A stretch of DNA of 63,109 bases, filler included, from Dimorphilus gyrociliatus (lineage: Eukaryota; Animalia; Annelida): the NCBI GenBank assembly GCA_904063045.1. It is 5 parts of 5 records of this genome, joined end to end, with 100 filler letters (N's around TTAATTAATTAA, not from the genome) between each part and the next. Parts side by side here need not be neighbours in the genome. Positions count along the whole stretch, not along the records: positions 58,558 to 63,109 come from CAJFCJ010000055.1; 4 more parts are not named here. One strand, given 5' to 3'. The notes beneath the pieces are model-generated. The model was not told the origin of the DNA, searched no databases, and saw only the letters and a list, made by a program, of their open reading frames with translations. The position numbers and the translations under genes are program-made. Of this stretch, positions 61,967 through 63,109 are shown piece by piece (positions within the stretch are counted from its first letter, which is position 1; each line of letters opens with the position of its first letter).

Positions 61967-62350
61967 ATGCAAAATGTACAGAATTTTCAGATTGTACCTA
62001 ATATATTACTTCAAAGTACAAGGTTGTCTTACATGAATTTAGATAATAATCAAACAATATGTAAAAGACTTGGGAGGATATGTATTGGACTGAAATATTC
62101 ATGTTTCACTTTGGAGTATATTAATCTTTCTTTTGTAATTTGTCAGTGGAACAAGCAAGTTGTTTAGGTGATTTTTTTCAAATGCACAGCTCTAAAACAT
62201 ATAAATATGTGTTCTAATTCTAATATGAAAAGTGGACTTAATAGAATATGTTCTACATTCAGTTCTTCCCTTTTCTCCTTACAACATATCAGTTTCCTTC
62301 AGTGTTCTTTGTTAAAAAATCTCTCAGCTTACTATACACCTTTAATTTGA
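61967..62350 (+). pseudogene. RNI-like LRR pseudogene fragment
   Basis: LSYMNLDNNQTICKRLGRICIGL and LKHINMCSNSNMKSGLNRIC with stops. Confidence 0.45.
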
Positions 62351-62819
62351 CATGAGATAATTTTGCTTAATAATTTTCCCGCTTTTGTAAAATTTCACTA
62401 TCTGAAATAGAAACAGGAATATTTGTCCTCTTTTTTTAAAAGCTAGAAAGAAAAGATACATAATACCGTTGGTGTGAAATGTAGAAAATGATTGACTGAC
62501 ACAAATACCAACTATTAAATTGGATTGCATTAGGCAATTTCTAAACCTACAAGGACATCATACTTGTACCAATATTTTGTGATGTAAATAGGAGCTAACA
62601 GAAGTCACCAGGAGCAGAAGTTGTCCATGTCATAAACATATCTTGCCCCTGTACAGTTATTTAACTAAATAGTTTATTTAGACAACATTAATAAAGAATA
62701 AAGTTTTTTTCTTGAACCAAACATTTTAGAATTAAAACAGTACAGTAAAAAATAGTTAATATTTAATACAGTTGAAAAATAAATGATGCAATGCCCTCTG
62801 CTATCAGAGTGGCATAACT

Positions 62820-63109
62820 TTTATTCAGCTATTGATTCAATTCTCTCCAGCTTATGAATTTTTTCATGTGAAAGTAACTCAAAGAGATAATTGTTTCTTC
62901 CTTGGCAAAAGGTATCAAATCTAAAATATTCTCTATGTCAGAGTAACACAAGATAAGACATTTTTCCGCCTAGTGGGCAATTACTGCCATAGGTGGTTGG
63001 TGAGTTCTAATTTGAAAATAGATGAGAACGTTTATTCTCTAATAAAAGAATTAAGACGAGAAGCTGAATTAGTAGAGATCTTTGAGAAAGATACAGAAGA
63101 AAAAGTATA
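62820..63109. mobile_element. Rearranged MULE fragments in opposite orientations
   Basis: Minus strand SDIE...SYFH; plus strand YSLIKELRREAEL. Confidence 0.45.

Overview
This is not one locus. Four identical 100-bp artificial spacers (44 N + TTAATTAATTAA + 44 N) join five unrelated contigs: 1-11292, 11393-19904, 20005-46965, 47066-58457 and 58558-63109. Four contigs are AT-rich animal DNA with short (mostly 50-80 nt) GT-AG introns and a eukaryotic tRNA-Ile(AAT). They look lophotrochozoan and are reminiscent of a compact annelid genome such as Dimorphilus, but that identification is unverified. They are full of nested transposons: FLYWCH/PHD-MULE copies and their MITEs, one intact Tc1, and a solo-LTR family with perfect 5-bp TSDs. 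They also carry LRR pseudogenes and several GRL101/RXFP-like LDLa-LRR-7TM receptor genes. Manual splicing shows that three of these receptors continue past TM7, through a conserved 44-nt micro-exon, into a degenerate protein-kinase-like C-terminal domain that the ORF track misses. The 8.5-kb contig 11393-19904 appears to come from a different organism, most likely a microsporidian parasite. It is intronless and gene-dense, has CCC motifs before ATGs and AATAAA overlapping stop codons, and encodes three ricin-B-lectin-like proteins, SmD2, a catalytically degenerate Rrp6, a secreted LRR protein and tRNA-Gly. It also holds an intact Ginger2-like integrase transposon with 296-bp TIRs that has cut a resident gene. 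All calls come from reading the sequence by eye; no database searches were run.
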